Below are positions 1-12,899 of a DNA stretch of 64,000 nucleotides, in pieces (position 1 is the stretch's first letter; each line of letters opens with the position of its first letter). Location: contig NC_086118.1 in assembly GCF_963921235.1 (NCBI RefSeq), forward strand, positions 24,616,001 through 24,680,000, written 5' to 3'. The DNA is from Mobula hypostoma. Its lineage: Eukaryota. The notes under the pieces are model-generated. The model saw only the letters and a list, made by a program, of their open reading frames with translations. It ran no database searches and was not told the DNA's origin. The translations under genes and the position numbers were made by a program.

Positions 1-164
1 GAGATTGTAGGGCTTGAGTAATGATCTTTCTGTCCATATGTTGCTTATTGATATTACTGTGTTTCTTTGTATTTATTTCAAATGTCTGCAAGAAAATTAA
101 TTTCATGGTAATATATGGTGATATGTGCTTTGATAATAAATTTTACTTTGAACGTTGTATTCAA

Positions 165-740
165 TCAGACCCATGAAGCATGACCTGCTCCTCACAAAGC
201 CATGTCCTTAACCAGACTATATACCTTTCCAAATTTTTATAAGTCGTGTCCCTAACTATCCTCTTCAATAGTTTGCCCACAACTGAAGTCAGGTTCACTG
301 TTCTATAATTCCAAATGCAGTCTGACCAATGCCTTATAAGCACAGCATTACATCCTTGCTTTTATAATCTAATCCTCTCAAAATGAATGCTGAAGTTGTA
401 TTTGCCTTCCTTATCACTGACTCAACCTGCAAGTTAAACTTCAGGGAATCCTGCATGAGGTCTCTCATGCCCCTTTCCACCTCTGATTTCTGAATTTGCT
501 CCAGCTAGAAAATAGTCTACGCTTTTACTTCTTCTACCAAAGTGCGTGACCAAACACTTCCTTTCACTATTCCATCTGCCACTTCTTTGCCCATTCTCCT
601 AATCTGTCTCAGTCCTCCTGCAGACTCCCTGCTTCCCCAACACTACCTACCTCTTCACCTACCTCTGTATCATCCACAAACACGGCCATAAAGCTCTCAA
701 TCCCTTTATCCAAGTCATTGAAATAAAACATGAAAAAAGT
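165..740 (-). mobile_element. CR1-type LINE RT fragments (decayed, internally deleted)
   Basis: Minus ORF 161-343 reads NYRTVNLTSVVGKLLKRIVRD (CR1 NYRPVSLTSVVGK motif). Adjacent sequence resembles the other CR1 copies at 2000-2590 and 42310-43160. Confidence 0.75.
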
Positions 741-1000
741 GACCAACTTAGCAATGCCGCTCCCCCACCTCTTTTATCTCCCTCTCTGCCCCTGCTCCGG
801 AAAATCCAAGATCTATTTCCACCCTTGTGACAGCCAAGTCTCTGTAACAGCCAGACTATTGTAGTTCCATTTACTGATCCACAGTCGAATTCATCACGCC
901 TTTTCCTGATACTTCCTGAATTAGTCACATTTTAACCTATCCAACTGATATCCCTCCATTCTGAGGCTGTGCCCTCTGGTCCGGGACTCCTCCACTATAG

Positions 1001-1843
1001 GACTGGGGGAGAAGGAGAAGGAGTGTGGAAAGATGGCGCCAGCGGTTTTTGAAGACCCAGGCAACTTCTTCCAGTTCATTCTCAAAGCGGCTTATTCTTT
1101 TTCCCTTATGTCCTTCCTTTCTTTTCAAAGTGGTTGGGGTTCTGTCAGAGTCCACTATCTACAGTTCTTCACTAGCAGTGGGTTTTAGGACTGGCTATGT
1201 GGCCTAATGCTTTGCTATCTCCAGGATCGGCCTGGAGGACGTGCGCCCTCGAGGAGTGGATTGGTAGATGACCCGGTTCCTCACCAATTTCTCAGACTGA
1301 AGCGACGTAGGAGACTGTACCATCCAGACAGCAGGAGGTATGTTTGCTAATTGCCGGCTACAGGTGGAAGAAGGCCCCTGTACTCGAGTGATCCGTCTCT
1401 CTCTCTCTCTCTCTCTCCTTTGCTGGAGAGTGAGAGGCTGTCGGCCCTTGAGAAGTGGGGTGGGGGAGCTCGGAGAAGTGGAGAGGAAGAACGCAACATC
1501 AGATCAGAGAGTTGCTGGTCTCTTTCTCCTTGTTGCAGCAGCGACCTCCCTCTCCCTCCCTGGAGAGGGAGAGCCTGTCCGAGATACCAAAATGCTGGAA
1601 ATGGACTGTACTTTTGATGGACTCTGCGTCAAAGTCTCATTGAGGGCCTCTGCTGTTGTTTGCATGGTGGCGGTGGGGGGGGATTCATGCTTCTGCTGGC
1701 TTGAGTGGGGAGAGGGGTGTTGATGCCTTTGCTTCTGCTTGTGCAAAGAGTGGGAAGGGGGCGACCTTGATGTTTCTATTTTTCTTTCTACGGGGCCTCT
1801 TGTTCAATGGATGACTTGCGAAGGGTACGAATTTCAGGTTGTA
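1001..1843 (+). mobile_element. Non-autonomous SINE-like repeat with 5' AAGATGGCG motif and Rex-type 3' end
   Basis: Has AAGATGGCG near its start (1030-1038) and an internal (CT)n tract, and ends GAATTTCAGGTTGTA like other tails in the window. Blocks are homologous to 61870-62320 on the minus strand. Confidence 0.55.
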
Positions 1844-1848
1844 AACCA

Positions 1849-1937
1849 TGTGGGCTCCCTCACCTCTGCCCCTCCGACCCTCAACACAGGTGGCCCTCAG
1901 GGCTGTGTTCTAAGCCCCCTCCTTTACTCTCTGTATA
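1849..1937 (+). mobile_element. Rex1/Babar-type RT fragment
   Basis: Encodes [19 protein letters not shown], the same motif as in 37064-37729. Confidence 0.7.
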
Positions 1938-1999
1938 TGAAGGACCTAAGTAATAAAGTCAATTTAATTCAATTCAGTACATTCTCCGATGTTAAATAA

Positions 2000-2615
2000 A
2001 CCTTTAAATGAGCCTTTATAGGAAACAGCCGCTCCACATCCACTCTATCTAGGCCTTTCAACATTCAATGAGATTCCTCCTCATTTATCTAATCTCCAGT
2101 GTGTGCAGATCCAGAGCCAGAACTCCTCATATAATAACCCTTCGTTCCTGAAATAATTTTCGTGAATCTCCTTTGAACCCTCTCCAACATAAGCACATCC
2201 TTTCTTAGATAAGGGGCCCAAAATTGCTCACAGTACTCAAAGTAAGGCCTGACAAGTGCCTCAACTTTACATCCTTGCTTTTATATTCTAGTCCTCTTGA
2301 AATGAATGCTAATATTGTGTTTGTCTTCCTCACCACTGACTGAACCTGCAAGTTAACCTGTAGGGAACCCCACACGTTGTCTCCTGCCAATCAACTAATA
2401 TTCGATCCATGCTAGTATCTTTCCTCTAATACCGTGGGCTCTTTTGAGTTTAGCAGCCTCAAGTGTGGCACCTTGTCAAAGGCCTTCTGAAAATCCAAGT
2501 AAACAATGTTCACTGACTCTCCTTTGTCTGTCTTACCTGTATTTCCTCAAAGAATTCCAACAGATTTGGAAACCTTGCTACATTGGGCTATTTTATCATG
2601 TGCCTCCAAGTATCC
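2000..2615 (-). mobile_element. CR1 LINE fragments
   Basis: ORF 2205-2390 reads [30 protein letters not shown], the CR1 ORF2 C-terminal region. Confidence 0.8.
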
Positions 2616-2619
2616 CAAA

Positions 2620-2965
2620 AGCAACCAACCAATGTGCCAAAGACAAAAAAACTGCAAAATTAAAAAAACAATAATAATAAACATATAAGCAATAAAATAT
2701 CGAGAACATGAGTTGAAGAATCCTTGAAAGTGAGCCCTTGACAATGTGGGATCAGCTCAGGGTTGGGATGAGTGAAGTTATCCTCTCTGGTTCAAGAGCC
2801 TGATGGTTGAGGGGTAATAATAACTGCTCCTGAGCCTCGTGGTGTGATCCTGAGGCTCCTGTACCTCCTTCCTGATGGCAGCAGTGAGAAGAGAGGATAG
2901 CCTGGATGGCGGGGGTCCTTGTTGAAGGACACTGCTTTACTGCAACAGCACTCTTTGTAGATGTG
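2620..2965 (-). mobile_element. Rex1/Babar-type LINE 3' end
   Basis: Minus strand corresponds to the KDP.HP...LFSLLPSGRRYRSL C-terminal motif also seen at 36898-37203. Confidence 0.65.
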
Positions 2966-2974
2966 CTCAATATT

Positions 2975-4230
2975 TCGAGGAAATGACCAAATAAATTGAG
3001 AAAGTTAGAGCAGTGGACGTAGTATATATGGATTTTAGTAAGGTGTCTGAAAAGGTTCTCGATTTTAGGATTCAGAAAGTCAGGAGACATAGGTTCCAGG
3101 GAAACTTGGGTTCAGAATTAATTTTCCCCCTAGAAGGCAGAGGATGGTAGTAGATGGAGCATTTTCTACAGGGATCTGTTTTCGGACCCCTGCATTAGGT
3201 GATAGTTATAGAAACATAGAAACATAGAAAAATGTTTTAAATGACTTGGATGAGGAAGTGTAAGGATGGGTTCATAAGTTTGCAGATGCCATAATGGTTG
3301 TTAATGCTGTGAATAGTGTAGATGGCTGTCATAGGGGACACTGATAGGTTGAAGAAGTGGGCTGAGAAGTGTCAGATGAAGCTCAATCCTGAAAAGTGTG
3401 AAGTGATACACTTTGGAAGGTCGAACTTGAAGGCAAAATACAGGGTTAATGGCAGGATTTCTGATAGTGTGGAGGAAAAGAGGGATCTTGGGATTAATGT
3501 CCATAGATCACTCAAAGTTGTTATGCTATTTGATAGGATGGTTACAAAGGTATATGGTGTTTTGGACTTCATTAGTCAGGAGATTAACTTCGAGGGCCTT
3601 GAGGTAATGTTGTAGATTTATGAAACTCTGGTTAGATCACAATTCAAAGTTCAAAGTTCACACTTGGAGTATTGTATTCAGTTCTGGTTGCCTCATTACA
3701 GGAGGGATGTGGAGCTTTAGCGAGGGTGGTAGGTTTACTGGGTTGCTGCTGGATTAGAGAGCATGTCTCTTGAGGTAAAGTTGAGGAAGCTGGGACTTCT
3801 CTCTTTGGAGCAAAGGAGGATGAGGTGTGACTTGATAAAGGTGTGTAAAATGGTAAGAGGCATGGATAGAGTGGGCAGAAATAGGCTAATAGAAGAGAAC
3901 ATAATTTTAAGGTGATTGGAAGAAAGTATAAGACAGATGACAGAGGTAGGTTTTTTTACACATAGAGTGGTGGATGTGTGGAACATGGAGGAGTGGCAGT
4001 AGAGGCAAACACATTAGGGACCTTTAAGAAACTCGTGGGCACATAGAAGAAAGAAAAATGGAAGCATCATATTGTTAGGAAGCATTGGACTGATCTTGGA
4101 GTAGGTTAAAATTTGACACAAAATTGTGGCCGAAGGACTTGTACTGTGTGGTATGGTTCTATGTTCTACTTATATGTTCCATGTTCTACTCGTATGTTCT
4201 ATGATCTACTTGTATGTTCTATGTTCTATA
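2975..4230 (+). mobile_element. CR1 LINE, 5'-truncated, with (TTCTATG)n-like tail
   Basis: ORF 3322-3615 reads WAEKCQMKLNPEKCEVIHFGRSN...EEKRDLGINVHRSLKV. Degenerate microsatellite tail at 4157-4230. Confidence 0.85.
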
Positions 4231-4419
4231 AGCATCATAAGCCACCATGGGGACGATGACAATGTTGCAGTTGTCATTGTAAGAAGGTACATACAGTGTT
4301 AACTTTGTTTACATGGTATAATCAGTTTATAGTATAAACTTTATTATATTTGAAAAATGCACCAAATATACATTTTAATTACTCTTTTTTTTGGGTGGGG
4401 GGGATCCAGACATTGCAAG

Positions 4420-5105
4420 CTTCTATTTACCGTCCATCCTTAATTGCCCTTGAGAAGATGATACTGAGCCACCTTCTTGAACAACAGTGTGCTTGTGGTG
4501 AAAGAAGTCCCACAATGTTGCTGGGAAGGCAGTTCCAAGATTCAAACCGGGTGATAAAGAAGAAGTACGCATGACTTGAAGGTGATTATGAAAGTGGAGG
4601 TGATCTCTCGTAACTGCTGCTCTGACATCTTGGCGGTAGTTGTCATGGATTCTGGAGATGCTATGAGGTAGTGTATGCAAATAATGCTGTGCATTTTGTA
4701 GATGGTTCATACTGCAGACACGGTGCACAAGTGATAGAGGGAATCCGTGTTCAGGGTGGTGACTAAGCAGACTGCATTGCCATAGATGGTGTCAAGGTTT
4801 GGAAGTGTTGTCTGAGACCATTCTTTATGTCAGCTGTGATATGGTGGAGGATCACATGTGAGCCACTTGCCACAGGTACCCAGACTCCCATCTTCTCTTG
4901 TCCACCATTTGGTCAATAGTAGCAACCAGAATTTGGATAGCTGGGGGGTCGGCAATGCCAATGCCATTGAATGGTAAATATGAATGGTTAAATTCTTTTT
5001 TGTTGGAGATCTTCATTACCTGCACTTTTATGTCTTGAGTGCTATCAGCCCATTTCTACACATGGTCTCATTGCATGAAAGCATGGAATGTTTCATTTAC
5101 TGACT
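4420..5105 (-). mobile_element. Old decayed LINE (CR1/L2-like) 3' portion
   Basis: The 3' sequence CCATCCTTAATTGCCCTTGAGAAG resembles elasmobranch LINE ends as I recall them. Related sequence occurs at 19240-19445. Confidence 0.45.
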
Positions 5106-6264
5106 TCCTCTTCCGCAAACCGCTGTAGCTCTTGTGCTTATAATATTGCCAGCAATGATTTTGCAGGATTTTATTAAGGAACAATGAGGGGGCTAACTAC
5201 TGCATCCAGGATGTGTGCAACTTGCAGAGGAAACGGGGTTTTGCGTTTTTCTTGTTGGCAAAAGGTCACATGGCTTGGAATTGCACTTAAAATGATCAAG
5301 AGGCTATCAGATGGTTATCCACCCATCCTTCCTTTAAAATCAAATTGTAAATAAAAATACTTTTCTGGAATGGAAAGTGAACAAATAAAATTTCTACTAT
5401 AAACTCTGACATTGATGAAGATATATGGAAAAGACCTTGTTTTTTTTTATTCAAATACTACAACAACCATCAATAACACATTTCACAATGCCAAATAGAA
5501 ATTTTTTATTGCTTCTTCGGCTATTTTTTTTACTATTCAGGTGGTAAATATTTTTTTACTTTTTGCACATTAACTCACATTTTGCAACCTAGTACTAATT
5601 AACTCCAGCAGAATATCAGACTAACATTAAAATAGCTACAGAATAACATATTAAGGAATGTATGAGGTTTTCTCACTCCATGCATGCTTTAACAAAATAT
5701 TTCAAATAATTAGGAAATACTATCCTGTAGTTTAGCCTAACTAATTTAGTTACACTTTTTTCCTTTATCTCCTCTCTGAGAGTGAATGCTTGCGCAATCT
5801 GGTTTGCTAGCCCTTGATGAATGTACCAAGAGTTTTCCAAACACGTGAAATTCATCATCATTTTAATCTTGGCAAATTGCTTTCAGCTTGACAGAATATA
5901 AATAAATGGGGTGTACTGAGAATTAAACAACCCCAGTCTATTTGGAATGCCCAAGTAATCTGTACACAGTATCAATTTTCTACATTGATTTGAATTAAAA
6001 TTCTTGGAACATGTCTCGAAAACAAAAGTAAGGAGTGTGCATGAGCATGTATGCTTAGTTATATGTGATTTATTAACTCATTAGAGAAATACAGCAGGAA
6101 TTATTTTTATTAGGAGCTTGTAGCTTTTAGCCAATTAAATGTCCAGATGCGAAAAATATTTATTAACATTTGCATTATGCTCGTGAATGCTTGGGGGTGA
6201 TTAAAGAATAAAGATTAGCTTTATTTGTCACATTGACATTGAGACATACAATGAAATGCAGTAG

Positions 6265-6630
6265 AGTCATGAAGGGTCTCGGCCCGAAATGTCGACTGTA
6301 CTCTTTTCCATAGCTGCTGCCTGGCCTGCTGAGTTCCTCCAGCATTTTGTGTGTGTTGAGTGAGATGCATCATTGCTTCAAATCAAATCAGCAAGGACGG
6401 TGCTGGGCAGCCCACAAGTGTCACACTCTCCCAGTGCAACATTGCATGCCCACAATTCTCTAACACTAAACGTATGTCTTTGCAACATGGAAGGAACACA
6501 GAGGGTCCCAGAGAATGCCCACGTGGTCACAGGGAGGAAGTACAAACTCCTTACAGACAGCTGTGGAAATCGAATCCCGGTCTTTCATCTGACACACTGT
6601 AAAGCGTTGAATCAACTGCTACGCTATTAA
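6265..6630. mobile_element. Composite of a Penelope pLTR fragment (+) and a V-domain SINE (-)
   Basis: 6265-6357 has GAAGGGTCTCGGCCCGAAATGTCGACT...GCTGCCTGGCCTGCTGAGTTCCTCCAGCA. 6490-6625 has CCCACGTGGTCACAGGGAGGAAGTACAAACTCCTTACAGACAGC, the reverse of a V-SINE core. Confidence 0.6.
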
Positions 6631-8240
6631 ATAGCATTAATCTAGAAAATATGGTTGTGATACTGTCTAAATGCTCAATGCAATTAAATAAATGGGGTAA
6701 AAAATTGAGGATATTTTGTGGAGGAAAGGCCTGAACATTTGAAAAGTAGATAATTCATCTGAAAATTTTTATTTGCAACAACCAGCCATCATTTGCTGCA
6801 GGAATAAGACTATCACCCAAAAAAAAACAGTTCTGTCTGGACCACAGTGTTTTGCATCATTTGAGTACAGTTTCCTTTGGTGATTAGACTTCAGACTTTA
6901 CATTTTTGCAAGTGTTGGGAAAATGTTACTCATATCTACTGTCTGTTTACCATCATGAAGGTACTTTCAAGTTTCAGTCAAAAATATTTTTGTGGGAATT
7001 ACAGATTATAGAGAATGAGCTGGAAGTAGAGTTGAGGTCAAGATGTGAGCAGCCAATGACCTATTCATTACGCTACACCTTCTGCAAACTAACTTGACGT
7101 TTCACTTTCTCCAATCTGATGAAGGGTCTTTGACTAAAAATGCTAACTCTGTTTTTTCTGTCCACAGCCACTGCTTGACATATTACTTTTTTCTGCATTT
7201 TTATTTCAACCAACTGTCCAAGCTGTCAAGGACTTTTAATCCTCATAAACATCCTTAATGTTCAGAAAAAAATGTGTAAAGAATTTATAATATGAACTAA
7301 AATTAAAAATGATTAAACAGTTTTAGCAGGGTATCTAAAATAGTTAATTCTTTAACAAAATTAAAGCAAATAACAAGTAGTTTGCTGAAGGGTCTCGGCC
7401 CAAAACACTGACTGTTCTTTTTTCCATAGATGCTGCCTGTCCTGCTGAGTTCCTCCAGCATTTTGTGTGTATTGCTCGGGTTTCCAGCATCTGCAGGTTT
7501 TCTCTTGTTTGTAATTAAAGAATTTATCTACTTTCTTTTTCCTCCCCTCACAACTGTAATATCTTCATTCAGAGATTCTGTGGCAGCACTAACATAAAGG
7601 ATGACCTGATAGCAGATCTGAAAAATTAGTCCTAGGCAATTCCAGGAAATATCTGCTCCACCTCTGAACACAGTGAAAAGTACAACGCATCTGAGAAGTT
7701 CCCAGGGTTGCTTTGACGAAAGTTGTGCGGTAATAAGAAGTTCCCAGCCTTTACAAGGCGACATACCACCACTCTAAATGACATTGTTGACAAAACCCAA
7801 TGCAACTTGGGCTAAAATTTTTAGTTGACCATATTTATGTATTCTTTAAAGCTCATGGCTTTCGTAGATGGTTAAAGTAGGTTAAAGTATTTGGAAAGGA
7901 TGTGTTCCTAATCCACATGTGTATGGAGAATAAGAGAGGTACAAAGGATTTAGTTTCAGCCAGAATCTAAAGGTTCTTTCTGAACAGAATACCTTATTCT
8001 AGCCGAAGTGGAGAGATACAATGGCAAGAACGGAATTATGAATGTTTGGGAGGAGAATGGAATGGAAAAACAAGAAACTCTGTTGACTTTGCAGAAGGAA
8101 CTGCATTGGTTAATATAAGTAGAGTTTTCCTGTTTAACATTTCAGGACATCAGCTTCAGAAAACAACAGCATTCCAGGGCTTAAGGCAATAGTGGCAAGA
8201 TCCAATTCTCTGTGCAGGACATGCAGACCTTGGGAGCATA

Positions 8241-9874
8241 CAGCTGAAGTCAGAAGTTTACATACACCTTAGCCAAATACATTTAAACTCAGTTTTTCAC
8301 AATTCCTGACATTTAATCCTAGAAAACATTCCCTGTCTTAGGTCATTTAGGATCACTATTTTAAGAATATGAAATGTCAGAATAATAGTAGAGAGAATGA
8401 TTTATTTCAGCTTTTATTTCTTTCATCACTTTCCCAGTGGGTCAGAAGTTTACATACACTTTGTTAGTATTTAGTAGTATTGCCTTTAAATTGTTTAACT
8501 TGGGTCAAACGTTTTGGGTAGCCTTCCACAAGCTTCTCACAGTAAGTTGCTGGAATTTTGTTCCATTCATCCAGACAGAACTGGTGTAACTGAGTCAGGT
8601 TTGTAGGCCTCCTTGCTCGCACACACTTTTTCAGTCTGCCCACAAATTTTCTATCGGATTGAGGTCAGGGCTTTGTGATGGCCACTCCAATACCTTGACT
8701 TTGTTGTCCTTAAGCAATTTTGCCACAACTTTGGAGGTATGCTTGGGGTCATTGTCCATTTGGACGACCTATTTGCAACCGAGCTTTAACTTCCTAGCTG
8801 ATGTCTTGAGATGTTGCTTCAATATATCTACAATATTTTCCTTCCTCATGATGCCATCTATTTTGTGAAATGCACCAGTTCCTCCTGCGGTAAAGCACCC
8901 CCACAACATGATCCTGCCACCCCCATGCTTCACGGTTGGGATGGTGTTCTTCGACTTGCAAGCCTCACCCTTTTTCCTCCAAACGTAACGATGGTCATTA
9001 TGGCCAAACAGTTCAATTTTTGTTTCATCAGACCAGAGGACATTTCTCCAAAAAGTAAGATCTTTGTCCCCATATGCACTTGCAAACTGTAGTCTGGCTT
9101 TTTTATGGCTGTTTTGGAGCACTGGCTTCTTCCTTGCTGAGCAGCCTTTCAGGTTATGTCCATATAGGACTCGTTTTACTGTGGATATAGATACTTGTCC
9201 ACCTGTTTCCTCCAGCATCTTCACAAGGTCCTTTGCTGTTGTTCTGGGATTGATTTGCACTTTTCGTGCCAAAGTACATCCACCTCCAGGAGACAGAATG
9301 CAGCTCCTTCCTGAGCAGCATGATGGCTGCGTGGTCCCATGGTGTTTATACTTGCGTACTATTGTTTGTACAGATGAACGTTGTACCTTCAGGCGTTTGG
9401 AAATTGCTCCCAAGGATGAACCAGACTTGACATCATTTTCTGACCTCAATCCAATAGAAAATTTGTGGGCAGAACTGAAAAAAGCGTGTGCGAGCAAGGA
9501 GGCCTACAAACCTGACTCAGTTATACCTGTTCTGTCTGGATGAATGGAACAAAATTCCAGCAACTTACTGTGAGAGGCTTGAGGAAGGCTACCCAAAACA
9601 TTTGACCCAAGTTAAACAATTTAAAGGCAATGCTACCAAATACTAACAAAATGTATGTAAACTTCTGACCCACTGGGAAAGTGATGAAAGAAATAAAAGC
9701 TGAAATAAATCATTCTCTCTACTATTACTCTGATATTTCACATTCTTAAAATAAAGTAGTGATCCTAACTGACCTAAGACAGGGAATGTTTTCTAGGATT
9801 AAATGTCAGGAATTGTGAAAAACTGAGTTTAAATGTATTTGACTAAGGTGTATGTAAACTTCTGACTTCAACTG
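8241..9874 (-). mobile_element. Sleeping Beauty-like (IR/DR) Tc1 transposon, rearranged with two right ends
   Basis: TA at 8239-8240 and 9875-9876. Termini CAG(C/T)TGAAGTCAGAAGTTTACATACAC with inner DRs. Inverted arms at 8241-8668 and 9440-9874. Confidence 0.95.
8464..9429 (-). pseudogene. Tc1/DD34E transposase pseudogene (SB-like)
   Basis: Reads KSGSSLGAISKRLKV...WSDETKIELFG...TVKHGGG...MDNDPKH...[10 protein letters not shown]...KQFKGNTTKY*. About 19 N-terminal residues are missing, with a premature stop at 8769-8771 and a frameshift near 8635. Confidence 0.93.
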
Positions 9875-11021
9875 TATGTATTTTAATAATAGAAATTACT
9901 TTGAACTTTGAACTTCATTTTGAATTTGTCATGGCAATCATTATCTCTCCTTATCCCAGATATTTCCTTTGTCCTAACCTCTGCCCAAACCCTCTACAAC
10001 TTCAAACTAGTTTTCTCTCTTCTTAGTTCTGACAAAGTGTCTTTGAGCATGATATGTTGATACTGGTTCTCTCTTTATAGATGCTGACTGGCTTGCTGTG
10101 TATTTTGGGCATTTCTGTTATACTTTTAGATTGCCAGCAGTTTTTGATTTTCATCTTTGAGCTATGGTGGAAATCAGCAGTGGCATAGCAACTAGGAATG
10201 CTCCTGTGGCTAGAAAGCTGGGAGTAACCATGACACTAAATCCCTGCACAAAGTAAGCAGGTCACTTGCTTGAGAGCATAATGCTCGAAGTCACAGATCT
10301 CACTGCGAGCAATGAATACAGTGTGAGCGTTGGATCGTTTAAGCAGTGTAATTTCAGGAGAAAAAAAAGTCATTAATAAAACTTCACCATCCTGTGTTTA
10401 ATTGATAACTCTGATATATTTCAGTCCAGTGAGAAGAATCACACTGGAGATTAAATTTTGATGCAGTGCTAATGCTTTTTGTGAGAATCTTACACTGGAA
10501 AATAGATGCTAGGACAAATAAAAATTCTGCTGTAGATTCAGAGATGAATTTCCCAATATGTACAAACACAGCTGGGAAAGGTGTAAAATTACACAACTCT
10601 GGGTTAGGCTGACTTCTTCCAATTTCACTGCCCTGTTCTGCTTTGCATTACATAAAGGAATTCTGTACTGTTGTCTCTTACGAACTGAGGTGGCTGAGAG
10701 AAAGAAGCCCCCTGAAGCTTTATGGTTTCACTTGATCTTGAGTACTGGGCTCTGGCATATACTCACATCCACAATGGAGAGCTGTGTGTTCAGTTTGGAT
10801 GCCATCAAATCACAGACAGGACTGGAACAGATACCAATCAAAATCACTCTCTGGAGAGCAGCTCATTGATGGCTATCAGCACTGACATCTGGTCAGTGAT
10901 TTCCTGTTGAACGCTGATTCACAGTGTGTCTATAAGAGAGAAGGAAAACAAAGTGAAATTCAAATACATTCTGCGTGGCAATAATGTTTTTTTTAAATGT
11001 TTACCTTTCTTAGGTACTTAC

Positions 11022-11071
11022 ACAGTAAAATTCTCCACCATCTGCCAACAAGCCCCAAACAAAGAAGAGCC
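11022..11071 (-). other. Candidate 50-nt micro-exon of an unidentified host gene
   Basis: Minus strand has acceptor TTTAATTTTTAATAACAG and donor GTAAGT. All three frames are open (e.g. LFFVWGLLADGGEFYC) and it lies in non-repetitive DNA. Confidence 0.3.
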
Positions 11072-11679
11072 CTGTTATTAAAAATTAAAGCATTAGAAAC
11101 TTGAGCTTTCATTTTAACTCATGGGGAATGTAGATCTGGCAACAGCCAAAGTGGGTTCCAAACTGTCTCAGACATCCCAGCACTAAGCATCTCCTGGGCC
11201 CATTTAACCAGTGTTGGTCAGGTTCCTACCTGAAACAATGACCAAAGGAATCAAAGGTGGCAAATATAAAAAGGCCACAAAATTCGCTGGAACTGGAAGA
11301 ACAGTCCTGCTTCATTCAGTGTCTCACCAGATGGGTAAAAAGATACGTTCAACTTCCAGTGAAATCAGCCTGGTAGGAAATACACGTTAGATGTAATTCT
11401 AATTAATTGAAGAAGTTGTTTTACGTTTTCATTATTGCAATGTGACCTAACAGAACTCAAGAAGCTGGATATGATCTTCCAATGAGACGTGATGTTATCC
11501 TTAGGATTCAGCAATTTTAGATAACTGGTGTTTATCCAACTGACTAATTCTGATGAAGGGTTATCAACTTGTAACGTTAATTCAGTTTATCTGTCCACAC
11601 CTGCTATCTGACATGTTGAGTATTTTCATCAAACCTTTAGTTCAGTTTCCCAGAAATGTTATTTCAGTTTCTCGAGTGG

Positions 11680-12260
11680 ACTTGGAGGCAATTTGATGCA
11701 GCAAAACCGAGGCGAGGTGGAGCCTGGGTCTGAGAGCGAGGAAAGACCCGAGGTTTGATTGATTTAAGCACCAAGTCAAATTGGAAAGGTCAGGTACATG
11801 CCAAATGGAGGCAGCGTGGCCCTGGCCCAAAAGCACATCAAAGCAGCATCAACCAGGTCCGAGTCCAAAAGCAAGGAATGACCCAAGGTTTGGACAATGT
11901 AAGTGCTGGGCCAGATTGGAATTTTGGGGTTGGGGCCTAGTTCAGCTCGCTGCTCCATGAGGTTACTCATCTTTGAGCTAAACTGAGGCTCCGACCTGCA
12001 ACTAATGGACTTCTAAATTGGCTGCAGTGATGACTGGCTTCATCAACTTCAGTCTGAAAGCCATGTGCTGTCTTTTATTGTTTGCACAATTTGTTTTTTT
12101 TTTCTCTGCACATTGGGTGTTTGACAGCCTTTTTTTTGTGTTAATGGGTTCTATTGGGTTTCATTCATTTGTGGCTGCCTGTAAGGAGATGAATCTTGAG
12201 GCTGTATAAAGTATATGTACTATGATAATAATTGAATGTTGACCTCTTGAAATTTGAAAT
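11680..12260 (+). mobile_element. Non-autonomous repeat with Rex-type 3' tail
   Basis: Ends GATGAATCTTGAGGCTGTATAAAGTATATGTACTATGATAATAA, the tail shared with 1-155 and 23658-23730(-). Confidence 0.5.
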
Positions 12261-12899
12261 TAAAATATTCTTTTCTCATATTTTTTGGTAATACACACAA
12301 AATGCTGGAAGTCAGCAGGTCAGACTGCGTCTGTGGGGAGGTCTATAAACAGTTGCCGATTCGGGCTGATATCCTTCATCAGGACTGGTAATAAACTCAT
12401 ATTTGGCTTCATCCCAAGTGAAACTCTGCATTCAAGTAACTTTGCAATGACTTCCTCACATTTCTCATACTTTATGTTTTGCTACAACATAGAAGGAGGC
12501 CATTTGGCCCACTGAGACTTTGCTGTATCTCAGAGCAATCTGCATTCTCCCAGTTATTTCCCTGTAATATATTCTCTTGCACACACCCAGTCCAGGTACA
12601 CTAAAGGTAATTTCCCTGCAAATGGTTCAGAAAATATTCATCTTTGAGATTTGGGAGAAATCCAAGTGGTCTCATGCTCCACCAGGACAGTACCAAAGGT
12701 CAGGATTGAAGCCAGATCTGTAGAGCTGTGAAACAGCACGACTCTCCGTGCACCACTCTGCCATCCAATTGATTTGTTCACTGCTCTGTTCATCTCCTCC
12801 AAATGGATCCTTTACAATGAACAGGCCTTTCTCCTCCTCCACCCTTTCTCAGCTGACATGGCTAACACACCCCCGCTAGTTATTAGGACAGTCTCCCGC

